Below, piece by piece: positions 1 to 8,845 of a stretch of 21,752 bases of DNA (the stretch's first letter is position 1; each line of letters starts with the position of its first letter). The notes beneath the pieces were generated by a model. That model saw only the letters and a list, made by a program, of their open reading frames with translations. It was not told the DNA's origin and ran no database searches. The position numbers and the translations under genes were made by a program. This DNA comes from an uncultured Acetobacteraceae bacterium (lineage in GTDB: Bacteria > Pseudomonadota > Alphaproteobacteria > Acetobacterales > Acetobacteraceae): contig CAXTVS010000054.1 in NCBI GenBank assembly GCA_964247735.1, positions 1 to 21,752 on the forward strand. The letters are read 5' to 3'.

Positions 1-748
1 TTGATCGCCACCGCCATCCCAGCCTCCAAACCATGAAGGCCAGCGAGTCACGTCATGGAGCCGCTGGGAACCCAGCAGGGTCAGGGACCGCCGCCGTTGG
101 TATTAGCAGCGAAAGTCGAAGGGCGGGTGGCCGTGAGCACCGGATCGTGCTGCCCTGGCTGGCATCCTGTTCGTGCTGCGCACGGGCCTTCAATGGCACG
201 AGGTGCCGACCGAATTGGGCTGCTGCGGCAAGACCTGCTGGCGTCTGCTGGGCAAGTGGCATACAGCCAGAATGTGGGGCGGCTACACCGGGTGCTGCTG
301 GAACGCCTACAAGATGCAGAGGTTCTGGACTGGCGCCGCGCGGCGCTGGATGGCGCGACCCTGCCTCCTAGAGGGGACTAACGCATGGGTTGATCGAAGG
401 TCGGCCCCAACCCAACCGGTCGCTATGGCCGGGCACAAGGCGCCACTTGGTCATCGATGCCCGGGGCACGATCGACGGCACAGACCTTCGATCGGCGTCA
501 CGCTGAGTGGTGCCAACCGCCATGACAGCCGCATGCTCGCACCTACGCTGGACGCCGTGCCCAGCGTGCGGGCCAGGCACCCAGGGCGGGCTCGACGCCG
601 CCCGGCCAAGCTGCACGCCGACAAGGGCTACGATCACCGGCGCTGCCGCCGCGAGTGCCGCGCCCGCAGCATCCAGCCTGGCGGCCAGAAAGTACGGGTA
701 TCCATCTTGCCCAACGCGTCCATTCAGGTGAGGCAGTGCGATCTATGA
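1..748 (+). mobile_element. Decayed IS5-family (IS427/IS1031 subgroup-like) transposase. It is 5'-truncated by the window edge and broken by at least 3 frameshifts, so it is probably a non-functional IS remnant.
   Basis: Pieces of one transposase lie in three + frames. Frame 33 gives HRIVLPWLA, matching the HRRVLNGILWVLRTG orfA motif. Frame 173 gives LRTGLQWHEVPTELG and, later, VTLSGANRHD...PAKLHADKGYDHRRCRRECRARSIQP, which carries the IS4/IS5 DDE 'ADKGYD' signature. Frame 55 gives LHRVLLERLQDAEVLDWRRAALDGATLP, matching the LDWSRAAIDST orfB start. A fourth frame reads LVIDARGTI near 440-470. After ~670 the reading frame no longer resembles the transposase C-terminus. No terminal inverted repeat was identified. 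Confidence 0.8.
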
Positions 749-775
749 GTTCCTGTCGCTGCGCGATGACATCTG

Positions 776-2332
776 TCAGAACGGCTTCAGGCTGGTGCCC
801 AGCAGGCGACCAAGCGAGATGACGGCGAAGAAGCCTGCCTCGACCCCGCTGCTCGGGCGGGCATAGGGGGTGTTGGGCGGATAGTAGTTGTCCGGATTGA
901 TGAAGTACTCGAGGATCGGTCGGAACGCGACGGCCGGTGTCACCTGGATGTTCGCCACCGCCTCAAAGGAATAGGCGTCGCGTGGCTGGGTCGGGCCTCC
1001 GCCGGTGATATAGTCCCTGATGTCGCCCGTGACCAAGTCCTCGCGCGAGCTTTCGGCATTCGCCTCGATCTGGCTCAGGCGCTGATACCGGGTCTGGAAC
1101 TCAAGCACGTCGAACGGGCGTCCCGGAATGAAGCCGGTGAAGTTGACCCCGATCATGGCGTCGAGATCGATCGGCTGCGGCTTGTCCACCGACGGGTCGA
1201 GCGAGCCGTAGATGGCGATGTTCTGCGGCGGACCGACCAGGCGCCGCGGGCCGCGCCATATCACCTTCTCCCCCTGGAGGAAGATCACGCCGCCGCCCTG
1301 GTAGTCGGGTATCTGCAGCGGAAAGATCGCAGGGGCGCCGGTTCCCTTCAGGTTGTTGCGGCCGGTGCGGGTGTTCCACTCGAACCCCGCCTCAAAGTTG
1401 GACGGATAGGCTGAGTTGGTAAACTCGCTGCGCTGACCGATCTCGGCCAGGATCTGGGCACCGGACGCGTGGTTGTCGCCCAGCCGGTCGCCGTAGCTGG
1501 TGCTGTCGACGTAGTCGTCCTCGAAGGCGCCGCCCTGGAGATACCAGCTCGAGCCCAGCTTGTAGGTCGTCCTCGCGCCCCACACCGGATACGGCGTCGA
1601 GGCGAAGTCGCCGGTGACTTGGAAGGACGTGGAATAGTAGCTAAACGGGTCGAGGGAGTTCGGCAGCAGGAAGTAGTTGTAGGCGTTCGTGCGCCCGAAC
1701 TCGATCGACAGCTTGTTGTTCAACAGCCGCTGCTCATAGGTGAGTATGGAGACGATCGCGGTCTGCGTCGCCGGCGTTGTCTGGAACCCGTCGATCACGC
1801 CGCCGGTCTGGGTGATGACCTGCGGCAGGTCACTCCTGAGGCCGAAGAAGGTCATACCGAAATGAACGTAGCCGCCGGTCAGGCCGAGCAGCCGGCCGAG
1901 GTCTAGGTCGACCGCGGGCCGGAAGGCGGCGAGGTTCGAGGTTTGTCCGGGCTGCACGCCGGCGGTCGGGTTTGCCAGGAAGTGGTCGAAGACAATGCCG
2001 TGAATGTCGATGCCGTCGTTGAGCAGGGTCGCGCCGAACTCCGGGAACAGGCCGATATGCGGCGGCGCTGAGGTCGGCAACGGCGTGAACCTCGTCGTCT
2101 GGTCGCCGCTGGTGTTCTGGCTGGGGTGCGGCGACACGCCTTCAGGCCCGGTTGCCGCCGGGTTCTGGCTTGGACTGACGGATTGGCTGCCTGCGGAGGA
2201 TGCGGCCAGCGGAGCGGGCTGCGAGGAAAGCTGTGCAAGCTGGACAGATGATGGGTCGGCCGCGCGGGCGACCAGGGGCACGGCGGCCGCGATCAGAACC
2301 GTCGCCGACACCATGCGGACATGTAAACGCAT
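776..2332 (-). CDS. Secreted outer-membrane beta-barrel protein, putatively an OprB-like carbohydrate-selective porin, with an N-terminal Ser/Pro/Gln-rich low-complexity linker.
   Basis: This is a 518-aa ORF. It has a cleavable signal peptide (MRLHVRMVSATVLIAAAVPLVARA|ADPSS; AxA site). A ~80-aa S/P/Q-rich linker follows. The body shows the alternating amphipathic pattern of beta-strands and is Y/G/F/N-rich. The C-terminal residue is Phe (...LKPF), the usual outer-membrane beta-barrel signal. The RBS is AGGGAA, 8 nt upstream of ATG 2332. The family assignment is from memory of OprB-type porins in Acetobacteraceae-like genomes and is uncertain. Confidence 0.75.
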   Translation of the reverse strand: MRLHVRMVSATVLIAAAVPLVARAADPSSVQLAQLSSQPAPLAASSAGSQSVSPSQNPAATGPEGVSPHPSQNTSGDQTTRFTPLPTSAPPHIGLFPEFGATLLNDGIDIHGIVFDHFLANPTAGVQPGQTSNLAAFRPAVDLDLGRLLGLTGGYVHFGMTFFGLRSDLPQVITQTGGVIDGFQTTPATQTAIVSILTYEQRLLNNKLSIEFGRTNAYNYFLLPNSLDPFSYYSTSFQVTGDFASTPYPVWGARTTYKLGSSWYLQGGAFEDDYVDSTSYGDRLGDNHASGAQILAEIGQRSEFTNSAYPSNFEAGFEWNTRTGRNNLKGTGAPAIFPLQIPDYQGGGVIFLQGEKVIWRGPRRLVGPPQNIAIYGSLDPSVDKPQPIDLDAMIGVNFTGFIPGRPFDVLEFQTRYQRLSQIEANAESSREDLVTGDIRDYITGGGPTQPRDAYSFEAVANIQVTPAVAFRPILEYFINPDNYYPPNTPYARPSSGVEAGFFAVISLGRLLGTSLKPF

Positions 2333-2777
2333 GTGACTTGTTCCCTGTGCCGGACTGGTCTGTCGCCGTCTCGGCTATTCTCGTTACGTTTCCGTAAGCT
2401 TCACGTTCCGGTGCCGCCGTCAGGTGATCATGATCTGCTGTCCCCATGAGGTTTCGGACGCCGAAGGTTCTCGCCGCGACGGCGGATGCGGGATTCGGTG
2501 TGCGTCTGCGACGGAACCGGAATTACCCCGCGTGCCCGCGCCGTCCGCGCAACGTCCTCCAGCCATCCCACACCGTTATCCTGCGGCGCTTTCCATGCTC
2601 ATGCGCCGGATAAATCCACAGGTCAAACGAAAATGCATTTTCCTTGGGAATCGGTACGCCGCAGTTTCTTTGCTGCCACATGCGGCCACCGTGTCTCCGC
2701 AGTGCCGTCCCGGCGAAAGGCCTGGCGAGGCCGGAGCATGACCCGATCGACCGGGCGGTCCGATCGGGCGCGCGGAT

Positions 2778-3515
2778 CTAGGCGGCCTCGCAAGCGGCGG
2801 CGCGCCGGGCGGTCCGGCTCGTGGCGGCAGGAACATCCGGGCTGGCCCAGGCCTGCTCCAGCAGGATCCGCGTGGTCAGCTCGATGTGCTGGGTCAGCAG
2901 CATCCGCGCGGTACGCGCGTCCCGCGCAAGCGTGGCATCCACCAGCGCCTCGTGCTCCTGCAGCAGGTCGCGTGCGACCTCGGCCAGCGGCACCGATAGG
3001 CGGCGGTAGCGCTCGCTCTGGACGTAGAGGATCTCGCGCAGCCGCAACAGCCAGACGCTGTCGCAGGCGCCGACCAGCGCCCCGTGGTAGTCGGCATGCG
3101 CGACCGCCCACGCCTCGTTCATCCGCTCCGGATCCTGCGGATCGCGTTCCGAGGTGCGGGACAGGCGGTGGAAGCAGGCAACCAGCTGGGACTCCCAGGC
3201 GACGTCGCCGAGCGCCATGGCCCGCTCCAGGCACAGCCACTCGATCTGGATCCGAACCCGGGTGATGTCGCACAGGTCGGCGGCCGAGATCGGCGTGGCG
3301 CGGAAGCCGCGTTGCGGCTCCGCCACCACCAGACCCTCCGAGGTCAGCCGCGACAACGCTTCCCGCACCGCGCTGAGGCTGACCGAGAGGGTCTGGCACA
3401 GCTCGTTGATCTTGAGGCGGGCGCCCGGTCGCAGCCGGCACGCCAGGAGGTCGGCGCGGAGGCGCTCATAGGCCTCCTGCGTCAGGCTGGAAGTGGTAGA
3501 CTGGTTGCGAGCCAT
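2778..3515 (-). CDS. GntR-family transcriptional regulator, FadR/FCD subfamily. It is the likely regulator of the divergent aromatic operon.
   Basis: The N-terminal winged HTH reads LRPGARLKINELCQTLSVSLSAVREALSRLTSEGLVVAEPQRGFRA. The C-terminal domain is all-helical, as in FCD domains. The start is trimmed to the internal ATG at 3515 (MARNQSTT...). The 29-codon upstream extension in the ORF table (MHLESLSVNGSS...) would run into the intergenic promoter region. Confidence 0.85.
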   Translation of the reverse strand: MARNQSTTSSLTQEAYERLRADLLACRLRPGARLKINELCQTLSVSLSAVREALSRLTSEGLVVAEPQRGFRATPISAADLCDITRVRIQIEWLCLERAMALGDVAWESQLVACFHRLSRTSERDPQDPERMNEAWAVAHADYHGALVGACDSVWLLRLREILYVQSERYRRLSVPLAEVARDLLQEHEALVDATLARDARTARMLLTQHIELTTRILLEQAWASPDVPAATSRTARRAAACEAA

Positions 3516-3630
3516 GAAGACTCTGTAGCCGCTTTCCCCGCCTGCTGCCACGACTTTGCATATAATCGATGATCCATTGACTGATAGACTCTCCAGGTGC
3601 ACTTTCCCATGAGGTCACGGGAGGAGCACG
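3516..3630. promoter_or_regulatory. Divergent promoter/operator region between the GntR regulator gene and the FAH-dioxygenase-hydroxylase-decarboxylase operon.
   Basis: This 115-bp spacer is locally AT-richer than its surroundings. It holds a consensus TATAAT at 3561-3566 and a near-perfect 12-bp palindrome ATAATCGATGAT at 3562-3573. It also holds TTGACT at 3577-3582 and the palindrome GTGCAC at 3597-3602. A strong RBS, GGGAGGAG (3619-3626), sits 5 nt before ATG 3631. Which hexamers act as -35/-10 for each strand cannot be decided from sequence alone. Confidence 0.4.
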
Positions 3631-4527
<897 letters not shown>

Positions 4528-4600
4528 CCAGCGCAGCCCGTTCTTCCGACAAAGCCGGCAGGGCGTGGCAGGAGACGTGGGCCGACCGGAGGAAAACAGA

Positions 4601-5587
4601 ATGACGCAGATCGGACATTTCATTGCCCCGTCCCGGCGCACCAACGCGCTGGGGGTCCACTCGCTCGACCATTTCGCCCTCGTGGTGCCGGACCTCCAAG
4701 AGGCCAGGCAGTACTACGAGGCGTTCGGGCTGGACGTGCGTGAGGACGGCGCTGCGCTGCATCTCTACACGCACGGCCATCCGCACCGCTGGGGCGTGCT
4801 GACGGAAGGGTCCCGCAAGGCGCTGCAATATCTGTCGTTCGGCATCTTCGCCGACGACGTGCAGCGCTTCCAGGCCCACCTCCAGGAGTGCCAGATCGAG
4901 CGTCTCGACCCGCCGCCCGGCCACGAAAGCAACGGCTTCTGGTTCCGCGACCCGGACGGGACGCTGGTCGAGCTGAAGGTGGCGGAGAAGTCGTCCCCGA
5001 GCGCCAAGTCGCCGGCCACCCTGGACAGCGTTCCGGCGAACCGGCGCGGCGCGCCGATGCGCGGGCAGGCCATGCCGGTGCAGCCGCGGCGCATGGCGCA
5101 CGTGCTGCTGTTCGCACGCGAGGTGACGCGGGCCATCGCTTTCTACACCCGCGTGCTCGGCCTGCGCCTGTCGGACGAGGCGGGCGGCGTGATCGCCTTC
5201 CTGCACGGCGTGCACGGCAGCGACCACCACATGGTCGCCTTCGCCAAGTCGGACGGTCCGGGCTTCCATCATTGCTCGTGGGACGTGGGCTCGATCGGCG
5301 ACATCGGCGTCGGCGCGGCACAGATGGCCGACAAGGGCTTCAGCGCCGGCTGGGGCCTTGGGCGTCACGTACTCGGCTCGAACTACTTCCACTACGTCCG
5401 CGATCCCTGGGGCAGCTACTGCGAGTATTCCTGCGACATCGATTACCTCGCCGCCGACAGGGATTGGGAGGGCGAGTCGCACAACGTGGAGAACAGCCTC
5501 TATCTGTGGGGCCCCGAGCCGCCGCTCGACTTCACCTTCAACTATGAGGCGTCGCCGGAAGCGCAGCTCGTGGCGCGCCGACGGTAA
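4601..5587 (+). CDS. Two-domain VOC-superfamily (type I) extradiol ring-cleavage dioxygenase (catechol 2,3-dioxygenase / (chloro)hydroquinone dioxygenase-like).
   Basis: The product is 328 aa. It has two glyoxalase/VOC beta-alpha-beta-beta-beta modules (VHSLDHFALVVPDLQEARQYYEAFGL... and RMAHVLLFAREVTRAIAFYTRVLGL...). The C-terminal module has candidate metal ligands (H in HVLLF, H in FHHCSWD, E in YVRDPWGSYCEYS), in the order seen in type I extradiol enzymes. The start is set at ATG 4601 with GGAGG 8 nt upstream. ATG 4565 in the table has no RBS. Confidence 0.85.
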   Translation: MTQIGHFIAPSRRTNALGVHSLDHFALVVPDLQEARQYYEAFGLDVREDGAALHLYTHGHPHRWGVLTEGSRKALQYLSFGIFADDVQRFQAHLQECQIERLDPPPGHESNGFWFRDPDGTLVELKVAEKSSPSAKSPATLDSVPANRRGAPMRGQAMPVQPRRMAHVLLFAREVTRAIAFYTRVLGLRLSDEAGGVIAFLHGVHGSDHHMVAFAKSDGPGFHHCSWDVGSIGDIGVGAAQMADKGFSAGWGLGRHVLGSNYFHYVRDPWGSYCEYSCDIDYLAADRDWEGESHNVENSLYLWGPEPPLDFTFNYEASPEAQLVARRR

Positions 5588-5644
5588 GGGGCTGGTACTT
5601 GGCAACACGTCGAACACGATCGTCTCACGCCGGAGCAAGCAACG

Positions 5645-7279
5645 ATGCAGACTGAAAGCGTGTACGACATCGTCCAGATCGGCTACGGGCCGGTCAGCCA
5701 GGTGCTGGCACTGATGATGGCGCGCCTCGGTTACCGCGTTGCGGTGATCGAGCGCTGGACCGAGCCGTACAGCCTGCCCCGTGCGGTCTGCATCGACCAC
5801 GAGGCGGCCCGGATCCTGCGCGCGATCGGGCTGAGCGAGAGCCTCGCCCGTGTGTCGCAGCCGGCGCCGCGCTACCAGTGGTTCAATGCCAACTGGGAGG
5901 AGCTGCTCTGCATCGACTGGAGCGCGGAGTCGGTGTCCGGCGGACCCGAGTCCAACTTCGTGCATCAGCCCAGCCTGGAGGCGGAGTTCCGGAAGGCCGT
6001 CCGCACCCATCCGAACGTGGAGCTGAACCTCGGCTGGGACTATGTCGGGCATGTCGACCGGGGCGACCAAGTCGAGGTCTCGCTGCGCGAGGTCGGCACC
6101 GGCCGCATGCAGACCCTGCACACACGCTATCTCGTGGGTGCCGATGGCGCCAACAGCCTCGTGCGCGAGCACCTGGGAATTGAGCGCGAGAACCGCGGCT
6201 TCCAGGCTGACTGGCTGGTCGTGGACATGAAGCTCAACCCGGGCGTCGTTCTCGACATCCCGGCGTGCGGACAGTACTGCAACCCGGCGCGGCCGACGAC
6301 GATCGTCCCGGGCGGCATGCATGACGGGCGCGTGTGCCGACGCTGGGAGTTCATGCGCCTGCCGAACGAGACGCGCGAGGAGCTGCAGAGCGAGGAGAAG
6401 GTCTGGTCGCTTCTCGAAGCCTGGGTGACGCGCGACCAGGCGGAGCTGGTGCGCTATGCCATCTATACCTTCCGCTCGCTGATCGCCGAGTCGTGGAACC
6501 GCGGCCGGGTGCTGCTGGTGGGCGACGCCGCGCACGTGATGCCGCCCTTCATGGGACAGGGGATGTGCGCCGGCATCCGCGACGCATGGAACCTGCGCTG
6601 GAAGCTCGACACCCTGCTGCGCGGCCTTGCCGACGACCGCCTGCTCGACAGCTACACCGCCGAGCGCAAGCCGCACGTCAGCGCCGTTATCGACGCCTCG
6701 ATCTACCTCGGCAAGGTGATCTGCATTGCTGATCCGGCGGAGGCCGCAGAACGCGACCGGGCCTTCAAGGCCGGAACGGCGGATCCGCTGCCGCCGTTTC
6801 CGCATCTGACTGCCGGGCTGCTGGCGCATGGACCGGACGCGGCGCCGGCCGGGCTGCTATCGCCGCACGGTCGGGTGCGCCGCAACGGACAGACCGGCCA
6901 GTGGGACGACGTGGTCGGACTCGGCTTCGTGGTGCTGCTGCGCGGCGCGAACCCGCACGGCCTGCTGCGACCGGACCAGCTGCGCATGCTGGACTTGCTG
7001 GGTGCGCAGGTGCTGCAGCTCGATGGCGCTTCGGGCGTCGACGCGCTGTCGGACCTGGACAACAAGTACGGCGCCTTCCTCGATGCACATGGTCTCGCCG
7101 GCTTGATCATGCGGCCGGACTTCTACGTGTTCGGCGGCGTGTCGCAGATGCGCGAGCTCCCAGCTCTGGTGGACGAGTTTCTGACGGTCATGGTCGGCAA
7201 CGGCGTTCGCCTGTCTGCCGCCGGCGACCAGCCGATCGACCTGAGCCACGTGCTGCGTCAGGACCAGCCTGCCGCGTGA
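5645..7279 (+). CDS. FAD-dependent aromatic-ring hydroxylase (group A flavoprotein monooxygenase; MhpA/PheA/TfdB/PcpB-type, ~544 aa).
   Basis: The N-terminus has a dinucleotide-binding fold (DIVQIGYGPVSQVLALMMARLGYRVAVIER). The conserved GD/DG core reads RVLLVGDAAHVMPPFMGQGMCAGIRDAWNLRWKL followed by LLDSYTAERKPHVSAVID. From memory this aligns closely with E. coli MhpA ([34 protein letters not shown]...YQQERRDHAKAMID). The RBS is GGAG, 9 nt upstream. Confidence 0.9.
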   Translation: MQTESVYDIVQIGYGPVSQVLALMMARLGYRVAVIERWTEPYSLPRAVCIDHEAARILRAIGLSESLARVSQPAPRYQWFNANWEELLCIDWSAESVSGGPESNFVHQPSLEAEFRKAVRTHPNVELNLGWDYVGHVDRGDQVEVSLREVGTGRMQTLHTRYLVGADGANSLVREHLGIERENRGFQADWLVVDMKLNPGVVLDIPACGQYCNPARPTTIVPGGMHDGRVCRRWEFMRLPNETREELQSEEKVWSLLEAWVTRDQAELVRYAIYTFRSLIAESWNRGRVLLVGDAAHVMPPFMGQGMCAGIRDAWNLRWKLDTLLRGLADDRLLDSYTAERKPHVSAVIDASIYLGKVICIADPAEAAERDRAFKAGTADPLPPFPHLTAGLLAHGPDAAPAGLLSPHGRVRRNGQTGQWDDVVGLGFVVLLRGANPHGLLRPDQLRMLDLLGAQVLQLDGASGVDALSDLDNKYGAFLDAHGLAGLIMRPDFYVFGGVSQMRELPALVDEFLTVMVGNGVRLSAAGDQPIDLSHVLRQDQPAA

Positions 7280-7298
7280 GCAGTATCGGAGTCGTGCC

Positions 7299-8273
7299 TT
7301 GACTGAGCAGCCCTTCCTGCCGCGTGTGGATGTGCACGCGCACTACCTTCCGGCCGGCTACCGCCGCGCTGCGGAGGCGGCAGGCCACCAACACCCGGAT
7401 GGAATGCCCGGCCTGCCGCGATGGGACGTGGACGCCGCGCTCGGCATGATGGATGGACTCAACATCCGCAGCGCCATGCTGTCCATCTCCTCTCCCGGCG
7501 TGCATTTCGGCGACGACCATGCGGCGCGCGCGCTGGCGCGCGAGGTGAACGAGGACGGCGCCCGGGCCGCCTCGGACCATCCGGGTCGCTTCGGATTATT
7601 CGCTGCGCTGCCGCTGCCCGACATCGACGGCTCCCTGGAAGAAGCCGCCTACGCCCTGGACGTGCTCGGGGCCGACGGGGTCACGGTCGAGACCAACCAC
7701 CACGGCCTCTACATGGGCGACCCGCAGCTCGACCCGCTGTTCGCCGAGCTCAACCGCCGGCGCGCCGTGGTGTTCATGCACCCTACCTCGCCCAGCTGTC
7801 CGTGCTGCCAGACGCTGTCGCTTGGCTATCCGCGGCCGATGATCGAGTTCATGTTCGAGACGACGCGTGCAGTCGCCAACCTGCTGCTGACCGGCACGCT
7901 GGACCGCTTCCCGGACATACGGCTGATCGTGCCGCATGCCGGCGCGGCGGTGCCGGTCCTGGCGGACCGGATCGCCGGCCTGTCGCCTGCCCTGACGTTG
8001 CCGAGCCCGGTGGAGCCGGATCGGCTCTTCGCCACCCTGCGTCGGCTGTATTACGACTTGGCGGGCTTTCCGCTGCCGCGTCTGGCACCGGCGCTGCTGC
8101 AGATCGCCGATCCGGGACGCATCCTCTACGGCAGCGACTGGCCGTTCACGCCGCTGCCGATCGCGACGCGCCTGGCCGGCGACATCGACGCCACGCCGCT
8201 GTTCGACGCGTCGCTGCGCCGCCGCATCCTGCAGGACAATGCCCTCGACCTGTTCCCACGCCTGCGCGGCTGA
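7299..8273 (+). CDS. Amidohydrolase-2 (ACMSD-family) metal-dependent non-oxidative decarboxylase/hydrolase. It is like gamma-resorcylate, 2,3-dihydroxybenzoate, 5-carboxyvanillate or salicylate decarboxylases.
   Basis: The N-terminal VDVHAHYLP (HxH metal motif) and C-terminal YGSDWPF are characteristic of PF04909. The product is 324 aa, a typical size. The start is TTG at 7299, with GGAG 7 nt upstream. It lies 20 nt after the hydroxylase stop, so it is probably co-transcribed. Confidence 0.8.
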   Translation: MTEQPFLPRVDVHAHYLPAGYRRAAEAAGHQHPDGMPGLPRWDVDAALGMMDGLNIRSAMLSISSPGVHFGDDHAARALAREVNEDGARAASDHPGRFGLFAALPLPDIDGSLEEAAYALDVLGADGVTVETNHHGLYMGDPQLDPLFAELNRRRAVVFMHPTSPSCPCCQTLSLGYPRPMIEFMFETTRAVANLLLTGTLDRFPDIRLIVPHAGAAVPVLADRIAGLSPALTLPSPVEPDRLFATLRRLYYDLAGFPLPRLAPALLQIADPGRILYGSDWPFTPLPIATRLAGDIDATPLFDASLRRRILQDNALDLFPRLRG

Positions 8274-8337
8274 AGGAGAAGACCGGAGTCGAAGCGGATC
8301 GCTGCCAGGACCGACACCACGCCCTGGTTCACCGGTC

Positions 8338-8355
8338 GCCGCCGACCGGCCGGCG
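8338..8355 (+). terminator. GC-rich hairpin 65 nt downstream of the decarboxylase stop. It is a weak candidate terminator for the aromatic operon.
   Basis: CCGGTCG-ccgc-CGACCGG forms a perfect 7-bp stem with a 4-nt loop. No T-tract follows. Confidence 0.2.
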
Positions 8356-8385
8356 GCACTCCGGATCCCGTCGAACGGTTGCCAA

Positions 8386-8442
8386 AGATGAGGGAACGCG
8401 TTTCTTGAAACACTGGGCGTACAGCTTTGGCGCCAAGCAGGA
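8386..8442. promoter_or_regulatory. Cluster of perfect palindromes in the unassigned spacer upstream of the thiolase operon. It is a candidate multi-site operator or promoter.
   Basis: Within 57 bp there are three perfect palindromes. They are AACGCGTT (8401-8408), GTTTCTTGAAAC (8406-8417, which contains TTGAAA) and TTGGCGCCAA (8433-8442). In addition, TTGCCAAAG (8386-8394) is inverted against CTTTGGC (8431-8437). This stretch is locally the AT-richest part of the 570-bp spacer. Confidence 0.3.
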
Positions 8443-8624
8443 CGGCCAGGTCAGCGGCTTGCGCCTGCCGTGTCGCCTTCTGCGAGAGTGGAGAGCGCGG
8501 TCTGGATGCGCAAGGCGGCGAGGCGCTACGGCGGGTCGAGGGGGCAGTCGGCCTGTCCTTCGCCGATCCCGGACGTCTGCTTCTGGCTTCCGTGCAGACC
8601 CGAGCACGGAGGTGGAGGCCGGGC

Positions 8625-8759
8625 ATGATGGACACGATCCCGCACAGCCTTCCGGCCTCGCCAGGCGCCGCTGCCGGGGCGATTGCGTTCGGCGGCGCCG
8701 GCGGGGTGGAGCGCCGGGCCGACTCGGGCGAGGACGTGCATGGTATGCACGCGGTCTGA
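8625..8759 (+). CDS. Possible small ORF (44 aa, Ala/Gly-rich) with a strong RBS. It could be a leader peptide or small protein, or a chance ORF.
   Basis: A tandem GGAGG..GGAGG (8607-8618) sits 6 nt upstream of ATGATG. The product would be MMDTIPHSLPASPGAAAGAIAFGGAGGVERRADSGEDVHGMHAV. GC3 is ~80%. No recognisable domain is present. It lies in the spacer before the thiolase gene. Confidence 0.15.
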   Translation: MMDTIPHSLPASPGAAAGAIAFGGAGGVERRADSGEDVHGMHAV

Positions 8760-8845
8760 CGCTTACTGACTGCGGCAGTGATGGAGAAGGCGCGACTGCC
8801 GCTGTCCGTCATGGTCGGCTACCAGGACACTGAGGACGAACGGTA

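Noticed and set aside
33-748. Separate gene calls for the individual ORFs 33..371, 55..381, 173..748 and 507..731.
   Set aside because: They are fragments of one frameshifted IS5-family transposase, not distinct genes.
2486-3441. Overlapping ORFs (2486..3265 on +, 2623..3441 on -, and 3084..3572 on +) across the GntR gene.
   Set aside because: The GntR frame (HTH plus FCD domain) explains the region. The alternatives are R/P/S-rich shadows of that frame.
7421-8833. A 470-aa open frame running through the decarboxylase gene and the whole 570-bp spacer.
   Set aside because: It is out of frame with the real decarboxylase. It has Arg/Gly/Pro-rich composition. It is open only because stop codons are rare in GC-rich sequence.
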